Notes under the pieces: generated by a model
Seen by the model: only the letters and a program-made list of their open reading frames with translations
The model's database searches: none
Told to the model about the DNA's origin: nothing
In this document: piece by piece, positions 10,711 to 20,300 of the stretch
Layout: the number at the start of each line of letters is the position of its first letter
How positions within the stretch are numbered: position 1 is the first letter of the stretch
NCBI GenBank assembly: GCA_963801355.1
Contig: CAWDEM010000008.1
Span: 2,752,001 to 2,816,000, forward strand
Direction of reading: 5' to 3'
DNA: 64,000 bases
Source of the DNA: Ignavibacteriota bacterium
Lineage (GTDB): Bacteria > Bacteroidota > Ignavibacteria > UBA10030 > UBA6906
Translations under genes and position numbers: made by a program

Positions 10711-11462
10711 GTGCCTTCCCCTTCCGCCCCGGGACGCAGCGGAGCCAGCGAAATGGACTGCAGGGGGACGTTCCGCATGCCGGTCGCGACAATCACGATA
10801 TCCACCCGCCGGTTGCGTGCGCGGTTTTCCGCGCTGCTGTTCGGCGCGAGGGGCTGGAATTCCGAATACCCCACCACCGACACCCGCTCCTGTGTTAATC
10901 CGTGCCGCTCGATCAGGTAGTAGGCGACGTTCAAGGCGCGAGCTACCGAGAGGTGCCAGTTCGAAGGGAACTGCTCCGTGTTGATCGGAACATTATCCGT
11001 GTGTCCCTCGACCCGTAGATCGTTCGGCAGGGAGCGCAGCACCGACGCGAGCGTGTCCAGTGTGAGCAATGACGTCTGTTTGAGTTCTGCACTGCCCGAA
11101 GGAAACAGCAGCTCTTCCATGATGTGCACCGTGACGCCACGCTCGTTCTCCGTGATGGCGATCGGCAGATCTCGCTGATCCAGCCGGAGGGCCGCGCTGA
11201 TTTCCTGGGTGACGCGCTGCTTCTCCGCTTGCAGGGCGGTGGCGGGATTTTCCAGAATCGCAGGATTCCCCGTCAGGATGCCGCGGGGCGAGCCAAACAC
11301 GCCGCTGAGCGCCGAGACTACTTCCGAGTACTTGCCGGCATCGATTTTCGACATCGCATAGAGAATCACAAACAATCCGAGCAACAGCGTGATAAGATCG
11401 GCATAGGTCAACAGCCACCGGTCGGAGTTTTCCGGCTCGGGATGTTTGTGTGGGTGTCTCAT
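10707..11462 (-). CDS. motB: Stator protein MotB
   Basis: WLLTYADLITLL TM segment with conserved Asp; OmpA-like domain (EGHTD, NWHLS, NRRVDI). Confidence 0.96.
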   Translation of the reverse strand: MRHPHKHPEPENSDRWLLTYADLITLLLGLFVILYAMSKIDAGKYSEVVSALSGVFGSPRGILTGNPAILENPATALQAEKQRVTQEISAALRLDQRDLPIAITENERGVTVHIMEELLFPSGSAELKQTSLLTLDTLASVLRSLPNDLRVEGHTDNVPINTEQFPSNWHLSVARALNVAYYLIERHGLTQERVSVVGYSEFQPLAPNSSAENRARNRRVDIVIVATGMRNVPLQSISLAPLRPGAEGEGT

Positions 11463-12241
11463 CGTGTGCTCGGATCCTGTTGCTCTTCGGGCAACATGCT
11501 ATACAGTTTCGCTTTGATCACGGAGGGTATTTCTCCGGCCTGAATCGAAAGGATGCCTTCCACAATCAGGTCCATGAACAGGTACTCTTCGTTGTGAATA
11601 TGCCGCAGCTTATCTGCGATGGGAAGCCACACCAGATTCGCCATGAACACCCCCCAGAGGGTCGCGACAAATGCGCTTCCGATGTGGCGGATGAGTACAT
11701 CGGGATCGCTTCCCGCCGCCGCGAGGGTGGCGATCAAACCCATCACCGTGCCGATGATGCCCATGGTCGGGGAATAACCGCCCATTTTCTGGAAGAGCAT
11801 TGCCCCGTTTGCGTGACGTTCTGCGACGTACCGCACCTCATTCTCCGCCAGCGTGCGCAGCACCTCCGGTTCCGTTCCGTCTATGGCAAAACGGAGGATC
11901 TTCCGCATGAAGGTGTTTGATACGCCATCCAGTTCCTTCTCGAGGGCGAGGAGCCCGTCGCGGCGCGCAATCGTCGAAAAGCGGACGATTGCCTGGATAG
12001 CTTCCTCCACGGCAAACACGGGCGGGCTCACAACGATTCTGAGCATGTCCCCGATTTTCATAAATGCTTTCAGCGACGTGCCGATCATCGCCGCGGCGAA
12101 CGTGCCGACAAACACAATCAACATGGCCGGTCCCAGCAGGATCCCTTCCAGGTTCCCTCCCTCCCAGAGGAATGACCCGAAGACCCCGAGCAGGCCGAGG
12201 CTCAGTCCGACGACGGTCGTAATATCAATGTTTCTGCGCAT
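11459..12241 (-). CDS. motA: Stator protein MotA
   Basis: ARRDGLLALE, PTMGIIGTVMGL and AFVATLWG; start ATG 12241. Confidence 0.96.
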   Translation of the reverse strand: MRRNIDITTVVGLSLGLLGVFGSFLWEGGNLEGILLGPAMLIVFVGTFAAAMIGTSLKAFMKIGDMLRIVVSPPVFAVEEAIQAIVRFSTIARRDGLLALEKELDGVSNTFMRKILRFAIDGTEPEVLRTLAENEVRYVAERHANGAMLFQKMGGYSPTMGIIGTVMGLIATLAAAGSDPDVLIRHIGSAFVATLWGVFMANLVWLPIADKLRHIHNEEYLFMDLIVEGILSIQAGEIPSVIKAKLYSMLPEEQQDPSTR

Positions 12242-12242
12242 G

Positions 12243-13514
12243 CTATCCCAGGAAGTCCAGTAGTGATTTCGGAATGATCTTGGCCGCTGCACTCAACGTT
12301 GCCTCCAGCGTGACCTGTTCCTGCTTGAGTTTCAAGCCGATCTCGGTGAGATCCACACCCTGTCGCGCCTCCAGGAGGTCCAGCAGAAGCTCCTTCTGCG
12401 AAGTCAGACACGCATCAGCGGTTTCCAGGGAATCGTAGAGCGTTCCTGCACGTGCCTGCTCGCGCATGATGACGTTCTGCATGACGCCGATCATGGCGAC
12501 ATCATCGGCACCGGGCGGGTTGCCCGCGCGGAGGGCATCACGCACGGCCATCAGCGCGTTAAACACCGAGACCTCCGTGTGCGCTCCGTTGAACGTCGAG
12601 GCCCCTCCGGGGGGGGTGCCCTCACTCAACCCCGCGCAGTCCATCATGAGTGTCATGGCCGGGGCGGCCTGCATCGGCGGCGTCGCTGTGGGCGTGAAAA
12701 TCAGCGGTGCACCCCGCACGAAAGATTCCACTGTCCCCGTGGCAGGATCAAATGTCAACGATGCCGCGCCTCCGGAAATCGTTGCATCGGTCGCACCACC
12801 GGGCATCACCGCAGTGAGCGACCAGCTGTGTGCGCCGGTCTTCCGCATGACCATTTCCACCTCATGCGTGATGCCGTTCCCATCCGTGACGCTTACCTTG
12901 TTCGACACGATCGTATTCACCGGAGCCGTCGCATCCAGGATTCCTGAGAACGTAATCTTCCCCGTGGAGGCGAATGCCGCGGCGCCGCTCACATTCACCG
13001 CAGAAGAGATACCATCGCCCACCTGGAACCTGATGGAGCCCGTATTCCCCTGGTAGTCCACCGTTGCCGGCACGCCGGCGCGCACAAACGGGGGTGACAT
13101 CGTAGCGGTCCCGCCGAATAGGTATTTGCCTCCGAACCGGGTGTTGGCGACGTCCACCGCCATGTTGACGTACTGGTCCATTGAATCCGCCAGCTCCATG
13201 CACAGAGAACTGTCCGCGGTTGTTACTCCGGCGAGCAGACCTTTGACGTCCTTTAGGATATCGGAGACTTTGCCCAGACTGTCCGACGTCATCTTCAGGG
13301 TGTTCTTCCCGTTGACCACATTGCGTGCGTACGATTCCACCCGGGCGAGGTCGGCGTTCAGGCGCAGCACGGCACCGGCCGCGGCCGGGTCGTCCGAAAC
13401 CTTCTGGATCCGCTTCTGCGTCGCCAGCTGCACATTCAGCCGGCTGATCCGTTCTCTGCTCCTGGTCAGGTTGGCCAGCATATCTGCGACGATCGTGTTG
13501 TTCGTTATGCGCAT
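12243..13514 (-). CDS. flgL: Hook-associated protein 3 with inserted FlgE D2-like domain
   Basis: MRITNN, SDDP, ANTRFGGKYLFGGT and C-terminal SLLDFL; follows flgK. Confidence 0.9.
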   Translation of the reverse strand: MRITNNTIVADMLANLTRSRERISRLNVQLATQKRIQKVSDDPAAAGAVLRLNADLARVESYARNVVNGKNTLKMTSDSLGKVSDILKDVKGLLAGVTTADSSLCMELADSMDQYVNMAVDVANTRFGGKYLFGGTATMSPPFVRAGVPATVDYQGNTGSIRFQVGDGISSAVNVSGAAAFASTGKITFSGILDATAPVNTIVSNKVSVTDGNGITHEVEMVMRKTGAHSWSLTAVMPGGATDATISGGAASLTFDPATGTVESFVRGAPLIFTPTATPPMQAAPAMTLMMDCAGLSEGTPPGGASTFNGAHTEVSVFNALMAVRDALRAGNPPGADDVAMIGVMQNVIMREQARAGTLYDSLETADACLTSQKELLLDLLEARQGVDLTEIGLKLKQEQVTLEATLSAAAKIIPKSLLDFLG

Positions 13515-13516
13515 GG

Positions 13517-14956
13517 CTATACCATTTCGAGGAGTGTGGTGTACATTTCGTTGACGGTGGACACCATCTTGGCCGCCGCATCGTAGGCATTCTGGAACTT
13601 GATCATATTCGCCATTTCCTCATCGAGAGAGACTCCCGCAACGGCTTCCTGCTGCGCGGCAAGCTGCGATAGGAAGAGTTCCTGCGACGTCATGGTCGCG
13701 CCGGTCGCATTGACCGATGATCCGATGCCTGTGACGATCTGGTTGTAGAATTCTGACAGTGACAGTCCGCCGAGCAGGGTCACGCCGCCGGATGACGCCA
13801 GCGGCCGCTTGTCCAGAATACCCGAGATCAGCAGCGCGATGCTGTTGTCCCCTGTGGCGGCAGGGTTGGACGATGCCGCGATGTTGTCGATGCTCGGATT
13901 ACTCCCCGGCACATCGCTGGGATCCGTCAGATCAATTGCCATGGATGCAGCATCCGTTCCCATGAAGAACCGTACGCCGGTGTGCGGAGGTTGTTGCCGG
14001 CCGTATCCGGCGGTATGCTGCTCGTTCACCGCGGCAATGATCGCCCCGGCGAGCTGGTCGAGACGTCCCATCGTATCCGGGAGGGTGCTATTGAATGCAT
14101 TCAGGATGCTGCCGGCCTCTCCGCCGTGCAGGTCGACGTCGATGCCGCCGGATGCGGTCACGACCCGCAACTGCTCAAAGCTCGTTCCTGAGATTGTGGC
14201 GGGGGTTCCGGACGTGACTTTCAGGGCCAGAACAGTGCCGCTGCCTGCAATCAGTGTCCCGCCGAGCGATACCATGACTGCACCGTTACTCCCCCCGGAC
14301 ACCGTGATGTTGGCAAGTCCGGAGAGTTCGGCAATCTTGCTGTCACGGAGGTCCTGCAGGTCTCCGGCGCCCGACCCGTTCGTCATGCCGGTGCCGATGG
14401 TGACGTTGAGATCGCTGATCTCCTTAGCGAGGGCGTTTATCCGTTCGATCCTGGCGGTGAGTTCACCGGGCAGGGCGCTCCGCTGTGTCGTGAGTTGACC
14501 GGAGAGGCGGTGAAACGTGTCGGTCAACGCCTGTCCCTGTGCCAGCACGGCATTCCGGGAGACGGCATCTTCCGGGTTCGTCGAAAGATCCTGCCAGGCC
14601 GCGAAGAACTGACTGAGGCCCGTGCTCAGCGATGCATCCGACGGTTCGTTAAACATTGCTTCAATCTGGCTCAGGATCTGGTAATCCGAAGATGCCAGCC
14701 CGAGTGCAGTGTTTGCGGAGCGGATTTGCTGGTCGATGAACCGGTCCCGCATGCGCGACACCGTCTGCACAGTCACGCCGGTTCCCAGGAACCCGTGCGC
14801 GGTCTGAAGAGGCGCGGTCGCCGAGAGATTGGCACGTTGCCGGGAATACCCTGCTGTGCCCGCGTTGGCAATATTGTGTCCGGTCACGCTCATGCCGTAC
14901 TGCTGGGTCATCAGTGCCCGCCGTGCCGTCTCCAGAAGCTGTGATATGCCGCTCAT
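13517..14956 (-). CDS. flgK: Hook-associated protein 1
   Basis: GHNIANAGTAGYSRQ and GVSLDEEMANMIKFQNAYDAAAK. Confidence 0.96.
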   Translation of the reverse strand: MSGISQLLETARRALMTQQYGMSVTGHNIANAGTAGYSRQRANLSATAPLQTAHGFLGTGVTVQTVSRMRDRFIDQQIRSANTALGLASSDYQILSQIEAMFNEPSDASLSTGLSQFFAAWQDLSTNPEDAVSRNAVLAQGQALTDTFHRLSGQLTTQRSALPGELTARIERINALAKEISDLNVTIGTGMTNGSGAGDLQDLRDSKIAELSGLANITVSGGSNGAVMVSLGGTLIAGSGTVLALKVTSGTPATISGTSFEQLRVVTASGGIDVDLHGGEAGSILNAFNSTLPDTMGRLDQLAGAIIAAVNEQHTAGYGRQQPPHTGVRFFMGTDAASMAIDLTDPSDVPGSNPSIDNIAASSNPAATGDNSIALLISGILDKRPLASSGGVTLLGGLSLSEFYNQIVTGIGSSVNATGATMTSQELFLSQLAAQQEAVAGVSLDEEMANMIKFQNAYDAAAKMVSTVNEMYTTLLEMV

Positions 14957-14971
14957 ACACCCTCCTCTTCG

Positions 14972-15427
14972 TTACATGCGATGGTCGACCAGTTGCCGCG
15001 TGTGGTCTTCGGTGACCAGACGCAGGGTCTCTTGCACGAATCGCACCGAGCGTTGCAGCAGTATACGGGTATGCTCGTTCATGTGAATGATGCGTTCCGA
15101 GACCGTCCGCAGGCGCGCGGACATCGTCGCGATGCGTACGGCATCAGACGGCGCGAGATGCTGCAGCAGTTCCTTCAACGTCACGGTCGGCCCTTCCGTG
15201 CATTCCGGAGACTGTCCGCTGAGTTCACGGGTGAGGCGGACGCGCCGCTCTTCCAGTTGTTGAAACGGCCGGAGCACTCCCTCTTCCTGCAGCACCAGGG
15301 AAGTGAGGTTGTCGCCGTGCAGACCGATAATGGACTGTTGTTTACGGGTCATCACCTGCAGCAACGATTCGCCGAGCTCCACTTCCGACTCCATCACCCG
15401 TTCGAGTTCTTCAATCATTGTCGCCAT
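14972..15427 (-). CDS. flgN: Export chaperone FlgN
   Basis: Helical 151-aa protein immediately upstream of flgK with FlgN-like pattern. Confidence 0.8.
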   Translation of the reverse strand: MATMIEELERVMESEVELGESLLQVMTRKQQSIIGLHGDNLTSLVLQEEGVLRPFQQLEERRVRLTRELSGQSPECTEGPTVTLKELLQHLAPSDAVRIATMSARLRTVSERIIHMNEHTRILLQRSVRFVQETLRLVTEDHTRQLVDHRM

Positions 15428-16304
15428 CGCGAGACTCCTGCTGTTCGAACAGCCGTATGTAGTTCAGGACCTTCTCCACGTAGTCGCGGGTTTCCTTGAA
15501 CGGGGGTATCCCCCCGTGTTTCTGCACCGCACCGGGGCCGGCGTTGTATGATGCCAGCGCTTTTTCGCGGTCACCGCCGAACTGCTCCATGAGCTGGCTC
15601 AGATACTTCGCGCCACCCAGCACGTTCTCGCGGGGATTCCAGACATTGCTTACTCCCATTGCAGTCGCCGTGGAATCGATCAATTGCATCAACCCCTTGG
15701 CGTTCTTTGGAGAGCGCGCCCGGGGGTTGCCGTGCGATTCGGCTGCAATCACGGCTTTCAACATATTAGCGTCGACCCGGTGCGTATCCGCCGCTTCCTG
15801 GATAAACGGGGCGACCTTATCCAGACGCTGGCGGAGAGTGTCCGCTGCCGGTTGCACACTATCCGGAGCGGCCGGACGGATCAACGGTGCCTCCTGCGGC
15901 CGGGGCGCTGAGTCTGCCGGGGCGGCCGGGCGAATCGGGGTCGTCTCAAGGGGCCGGGATGTGAGGTGTTCCGGAGCGGCCGGGCGCGGTTGCGCGGTCC
16001 GGACGGCAGGCATTTCTTCGCCCGTCATCCGCCGGTACAGCATCTCGGCAAGACCGAGAGAACTGTTTTGCGAAACATGCTGTGCCATCTGACCGTCAAA
16101 CAGGCCATCCAGGATATCGCCGCCGTAGCTGTCCCCGAACATCTCGCTCGTGTTCACACCGGATCGCATGCTTTTAAGCATATATCCGACCAGCAGCGAT
16201 TCGAATTCCTTCGTCACCCGCTGCAATCGCTGGCGGGTCCGATCGTCGACGGGCTTGTGCTGTTGTGCCGCCGGGGTTCCCGGAAGTGTCCGCAGTCCGT
16301 CCAT
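15411..16304 (-). CDS. flgJ: FlgJ rod-binding domain fused to SLT lytic transglycosylase
   Basis: EFESLLVGYMLKSMR..GLAEMLYRRM; C-terminal AAES, GLMQL and YNAGPG. Confidence 0.88.
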   Translation of the reverse strand: MDGLRTLPGTPAAQQHKPVDDRTRQRLQRVTKEFESLLVGYMLKSMRSGVNTSEMFGDSYGGDILDGLFDGQMAQHVSQNSSLGLAEMLYRRMTGEEMPAVRTAQPRPAAPEHLTSRPLETTPIRPAAPADSAPRPQEAPLIRPAAPDSVQPAADTLRQRLDKVAPFIQEAADTHRVDANMLKAVIAAESHGNPRARSPKNAKGLMQLIDSTATAMGVSNVWNPRENVLGGAKYLSQLMEQFGGDREKALASYNAGPGAVQKHGGIPPFKETRDYVEKVLNYIRLFEQQESRDGDND

Positions 16305-17416
16305 TAGATAATCACCAGTTCCGCATTCAAAGCACCGGCCCGTTTCAAGGCCTGGAATATGGCAATAATGTCCCGGGGTGTCACTTTCAACGCATTCAGT
16401 GTCTTGGCCACATCCTGCACGGTGGCCGTCCCGTCAAAAGCCTGCACGGTGGAGGAGTCCTGGCCGGCATAGACCGCCGTCAACTGCGTCGTCACCGTCT
16501 GACCCTGCGAAAACGGCGCGGGTTGTGAAACCATGGGAATGGACTCAATTTCAATGTTCAGGCCGCCGTGGGAAATCGCAACCGACATGATGCTGACGGT
16601 GCCGCCGACCACGATTGTTCCCGTGCGCTCATTGATGACGACCTTGGCAATAACGTCGGGCGTCACCTCCAGCACTTCGATCGACGAGATGAATTCCACC
16701 AGCCGCCCTTCCGACCAGATGGACTGAGGCACCCGGATGGAGATGCTTGCTCCGTCTTCCGCGCGTGCCGCCCGTTCACCGAGCTTTCCGTTCACCGCAT
16801 CCGCAACCCGTGTCGCCGTGGTGAAATCCGGCTCCATGAGCACCACGGAGATTGTCGAGTCCTTCGTGATCGTCATATCCGGTGTTCGCTCCACCACCCC
16901 GCCGCCTGGAATCCGGCCGGCGGCCGTATGATTGCGCCGGATCTCGTTGCCGTTGGCCCGCACACTCATGCCGCCCACCGAGAGCGGCCCCTGGGCCATC
17001 ACATAGACGACACCGTCGATGCCGGAGAGCGGGGTCATGAGGAGCGTCCCCCCCTGCAGGCTTGTCGCGTCTCCCATCGACGAGACGATAACATCGACGT
17101 CGCTTCCTTGCTTGGTGAATCCCGGAACGGTGGCGGTGACCATGACCGCGGCGACGTTGCGCAGCCTGAGATCGGCCTGGGGGACGTTGATGCCGAATCG
17201 CTTCAGCATGCTGGACACGGATTGGAGGGTGAAGGTCGATCTCTGGGTATCGCCTGATCCGTTGAGCCCGACCACGAGTCCATATCCGATGATCTGTTGA
17301 CCGCGTATGCCCTGCACATGGGCGATATCCTTGATACGGATTGCGCCCAGGGCGATTCCCGCGCCCACCAGCCAGACCGCGAGCATTATTCCGACACATC
17401 GAGAGTTGCGATTCAT
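16304..17416 (-). CDS. flgI: P-ring protein
   Basis: RIKDI, GYGLVVGLNGSGD and INERTGTIV; signal peptide from ATG 17416. Confidence 0.97.
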   Translation of the reverse strand: MNRNSRCVGIMLAVWLVGAGIALGAIRIKDIAHVQGIRGQQIIGYGLVVGLNGSGDTQRSTFTLQSVSSMLKRFGINVPQADLRLRNVAAVMVTATVPGFTKQGSDVDVIVSSMGDATSLQGGTLLMTPLSGIDGVVYVMAQGPLSVGGMSVRANGNEIRRNHTAAGRIPGGGVVERTPDMTITKDSTISVVLMEPDFTTATRVADAVNGKLGERAARAEDGASISIRVPQSIWSEGRLVEFISSIEVLEVTPDVIAKVVINERTGTIVVGGTVSIMSVAISHGGLNIEIESIPMVSQPAPFSQGQTVTTQLTAVYAGQDSSTVQAFDGTATVQDVAKTLNALKVTPRDIIAIFQALKRAGALNAELVII

Positions 17417-17427
17417 ACCAGCCTCAT

Positions 17428-18006
17428 TCAGAATATCCAGTGCAACAATTTCGTGATCCACCCGGGTCCCTGGGCGCTCGACACAACCCCGTTTCCCTCA
17501 AAGGCGATCCGCGCATCGGCGATATTGTACGAGTAGACGCTGTTGTTCGCCAGGATATCCGCCGGCCTCACGATACCCGACAGCGTGATCTTCTGCTCCT
17601 CCCCGTTCACGATAATCGTGCGGAGACCGGTGATCACCAGATCACCGTTCGCCAGCACCGAATCCACACGCGCGCTGATCTTCGCACGAATTGACCCGCG
17701 GGTGGATGTCGCTCCGGAGCCTTTGAAGGAGTTGCCGGTTCCCACGCCAAGGGACACCTCCGGCATTTCGGAGGATCCGGCTTTTGCCGCGGCGTTCATC
17801 GAGATATTGCTTTCGCGATCCGCGGATGTGCTCGCGTCATTCGACGCGCTTGACACCTCCACGACGAGGACCATGACTGCATCACCGACCGCCGTCGCCC
17901 GCGGATCAGCGAACAACGACCGGCCGACATTCGCACGCATGTCCTGAGCCACCGACGCAGTGACGAGGATGAGGACGCCGGCACATAGCACACATGCACG
18001 TTTCAT
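17428..18006 (-). CDS. flgH: L-ring protein
   Basis: SLFADPRA..VGD, LSGIVRPADI..N, and GWI..L..W.F. Confidence 0.93.
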   Translation of the reverse strand: MKRACVLCAGVLILVTASVAQDMRANVGRSLFADPRATAVGDAVMVLVVEVSSASNDASTSADRESNISMNAAAKAGSSEMPEVSLGVGTGNSFKGSGATSTRGSIRAKISARVDSVLANGDLVITGLRTIIVNGEEQKITLSGIVRPADILANNSVYSYNIADARIAFEGNGVVSSAQGPGWITKLLHWIF

Positions 18007-18743
18007 CAGTTCTCCTTTCCCGCATCCAACGGAACAATGACACTTCCCGAGCCGTCGACCCGTGCCCGAATACGCTCATGACGGCCCGTCAAATCCACAA
18101 CCACGTATTCACCCCGCCCGCCATCCCCGCGTGCAATGCCTTCCGTCGACATCGATATCCCGCGCGTTTGCACTTTCACGAGGACCCGATCCCCCTGTTG
18201 CACGAGCGGTACGCTCTCGAAGAGATCCTCATACAGGATGCTCCCCCGAGGAATGATCTGGCGTGACCGGAGGCCTTCCGGCGGGCCCGGCTCGATCAGG
18301 ACCCGCCGCCGCATCAGTGTTGTTTCCATGTGCACCGTCCGGACGTCTTCCGGCTTCAGTTCGGCGTGGCGGCCGATGACGCGCTCAGCAACCAGCACCT
18401 CGGCGTACGTTCTGATCAGCAAAGAAACCAGACACCGATGCACAATCCGCCCTTCCGACTCGACTTCCACCCGCACCGCTATCGCACCTTTCCATTCCGT
18501 GCGGGCATCGCCGGCAACATGGAGGCGATAGGAGGTCCCGGGCACTTCAATGTTCTCCGGCACCGCACGAAACGTGATTTCAGCCCGCTCGCCACCGTTG
18601 GGACACCGCACCGTGAGGAATGCCCGCACGGCTTCTTCAATTTCCGGCGGCTGGACCTTTGTGCCTCCCTGCGCGCCATCGGCGGCAAGGAGCACGACCA
18701 GGAGGAGCCATCCCGGGAATCTGCTATGTGCGTGTCGGGCCAT
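18006..18743 (-). CDS. flgA: P-ring chaperone
   Basis: SAF-like region and PLVQQGDRV..G.A..DG..GE; located between flgG and flgH; start ATG 18743. Confidence 0.88.
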   Translation of the reverse strand: MARHAHSRFPGWLLLVVLLAADGAQGGTKVQPPEIEEAVRAFLTVRCPNGGERAEITFRAVPENIEVPGTSYRLHVAGDARTEWKGAIAVRVEVESEGRIVHRCLVSLLIRTYAEVLVAERVIGRHAELKPEDVRTVHMETTLMRRRVLIEPGPPEGLRSRQIIPRGSILYEDLFESVPLVQQGDRVLVKVQTRGISMSTEGIARGDGGRGEYVVVDLTGRHERIRARVDGSGSVIVPLDAGKEN

Positions 18744-18747
18744 ACTG

Positions 18748-19536
18748 TTACCGTTTGACGTTGGTTGCGACACTGAGCATATCTTCGACCGTCTTGATCG
18801 TCTTGGCGCTGATCTCATAAGCGCGCTGGGCCGTGATCATGCCGACCATCTCTTCCACGACATCCACGTTGGAGGATTCCAGGTATCCCTGCATCACCTC
18901 CCCGAAGCCTTCCGTCGTCGCCGATCCCGGGATGGGCGCCCCGGAGGCACTCGTTTCCACATAGAGGTCGCCGCCAATTGCGCGCAGCCCCGCGGGATTG
19001 ACGAACTTCACCAGTTCGAACTGACCGAGGCGGACCGTCTCGGCATCACCGACGGTCTTGGCTTCAATGGCACCATCCCGGCCAATGACGATTTCGGTCG
19101 TGTCCGAAGAGAACGTGACCGCCGGCTCGACGAGGTATCCCTGCGAGGTCACCAGTGTTCCGTCTCCTGACATCTTGAATGCGCCATCCCGCGTATACGC
19201 CAGTGTCCCGTCCGGCCTCCGGATCTGGAAAAAGCCCTCACCCTGGAGCGCGATATCCAGCTGGTTTTGGGTTGGTTGAATGTCCCCCTGTGTGAATGAC
19301 TTCGACGTCGCCACCGGCACGGCGCCGTTTCCCACCTGCAACTCCGCCGCCTGTTGGAGATTCGGATTCTGGGAGACTCCCGTGGCCTTCAGGGTTTGAT
19401 ACATTAGATCCTGGAATTCCGGGCGGCTCTTCTTGAAGCCCGTGGTATTGACATTCGCCAGGTTATGGGCGATGGTGTCAATGTTCAGTTGTTGGGCGAG
19501 CATGCCCGTTGCTGCTGTCCGCAGTGCGCGATTCAT
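18748..19536 (-). CDS. flgG: Distal rod protein
   Basis: NLANVNTTGFKK, FQDLMYQ and LESSNVDVVEEMV. Confidence 0.97.
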   Translation of the reverse strand: MNRALRTAATGMLAQQLNIDTIAHNLANVNTTGFKKSRPEFQDLMYQTLKATGVSQNPNLQQAAELQVGNGAVPVATSKSFTQGDIQPTQNQLDIALQGEGFFQIRRPDGTLAYTRDGAFKMSGDGTLVTSQGYLVEPAVTFSSDTTEIVIGRDGAIEAKTVGDAETVRLGQFELVKFVNPAGLRAIGGDLYVETSASGAPIPGSATTEGFGEVMQGYLESSNVDVVEEMVGMITAQRAYEISAKTIKTVEDMLSVATNVKR

Positions 19537-19559
19537 AGCTACTCCTTCTCCTCTTGTTA

Positions 19560-20300
19560 TTACACTCTGCCGATCTCCATACTGCGATCCAACGTCGCGT
19601 CCTGCGACTGAATGATCTTCTGGTCGGTTTCAAAACTCCGGCTAAGCTCTATCATCGCAATCATCTCCTCGATTCCGTCCACGTTCGATTCCTCCAGAAA
19701 TCCCTGCCGCACGTGGCGCTGGTCGTGCGGGATCGTGACCGTCGGCTGGTCGGGGGCAGGAATGAACAGCGACTCATGGTCCTTCCGGAGCTGGTCCGGC
19801 TGGGCCACGTCCACGATTTTCAGCCGGGCGAGAGGCTCGCGGTCCGACAACAGCTCTCCCGCCTCGTTGACAGTAATAGATCCCTGCTGGAGTTTCTCGA
19901 TGTTCGGGACCACCAGATCGCCGTTCTCTCCCTGCACGCGGAAACCTTCGGCTGTCACGAGACTGCCGTCGGGCGCGAGATGGAAATGACCATTCCGGGT
20001 CAGGCGCAGGCCGTGCGGAGTCTCCACCGCGAAGAATCCGTTTCCTTCCAGGGCCAGATCGAATGTGTTGCCTGTCGGCTGAAGCGATCCGGGAGTGAGA
20101 TCCACAGACTGCCGCATGACAATCCCTGTAAGATCGTTCCTGCCGTCGGACGCGGCGCCGGACTCCTGCAGCATCTCGAAGAACACCCTATCCTTCTTGA
20201 ATCCGGTGGAATTGATATTTGCCAGGTTATTGGCAATCACCTCCATGCGTGCCATTTTGGGACGCATGGACGCTTCGGACGTATAGATGCCCTTGATCAT
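19560..20300 (-). CDS. flgF: Rod protein FlgF
   Basis: NNLANINSTGFKK, TRNGHF and LEESNV; precedes flgG. Confidence 0.9.
   Translation of the reverse strand: MIKGIYTSEASMRPKMARMEVIANNLANINSTGFKKDRVFFEMLQESGAASDGRNDLTGIVMRQSVDLTPGSLQPTGNTFDLALEGNGFFAVETPHGLRLTRNGHFHLAPDGSLVTAEGFRVQGENGDLVVPNIEKLQQGSITVNEAGELLSDREPLARLKIVDVAQPDQLRKDHESLFIPAPDQPTVTIPHDQRHVRQGFLEESNVDGIEEMIAMIELSRSFETDQKIIQSQDATLDRSMEIGRV

Noticed and set aside
12243-13514. Calling this gene flagellin (fliC)
   Set aside because: The MRIT start, YLFGGT, SLLDFL end and position after flgK identify it as FlgL.
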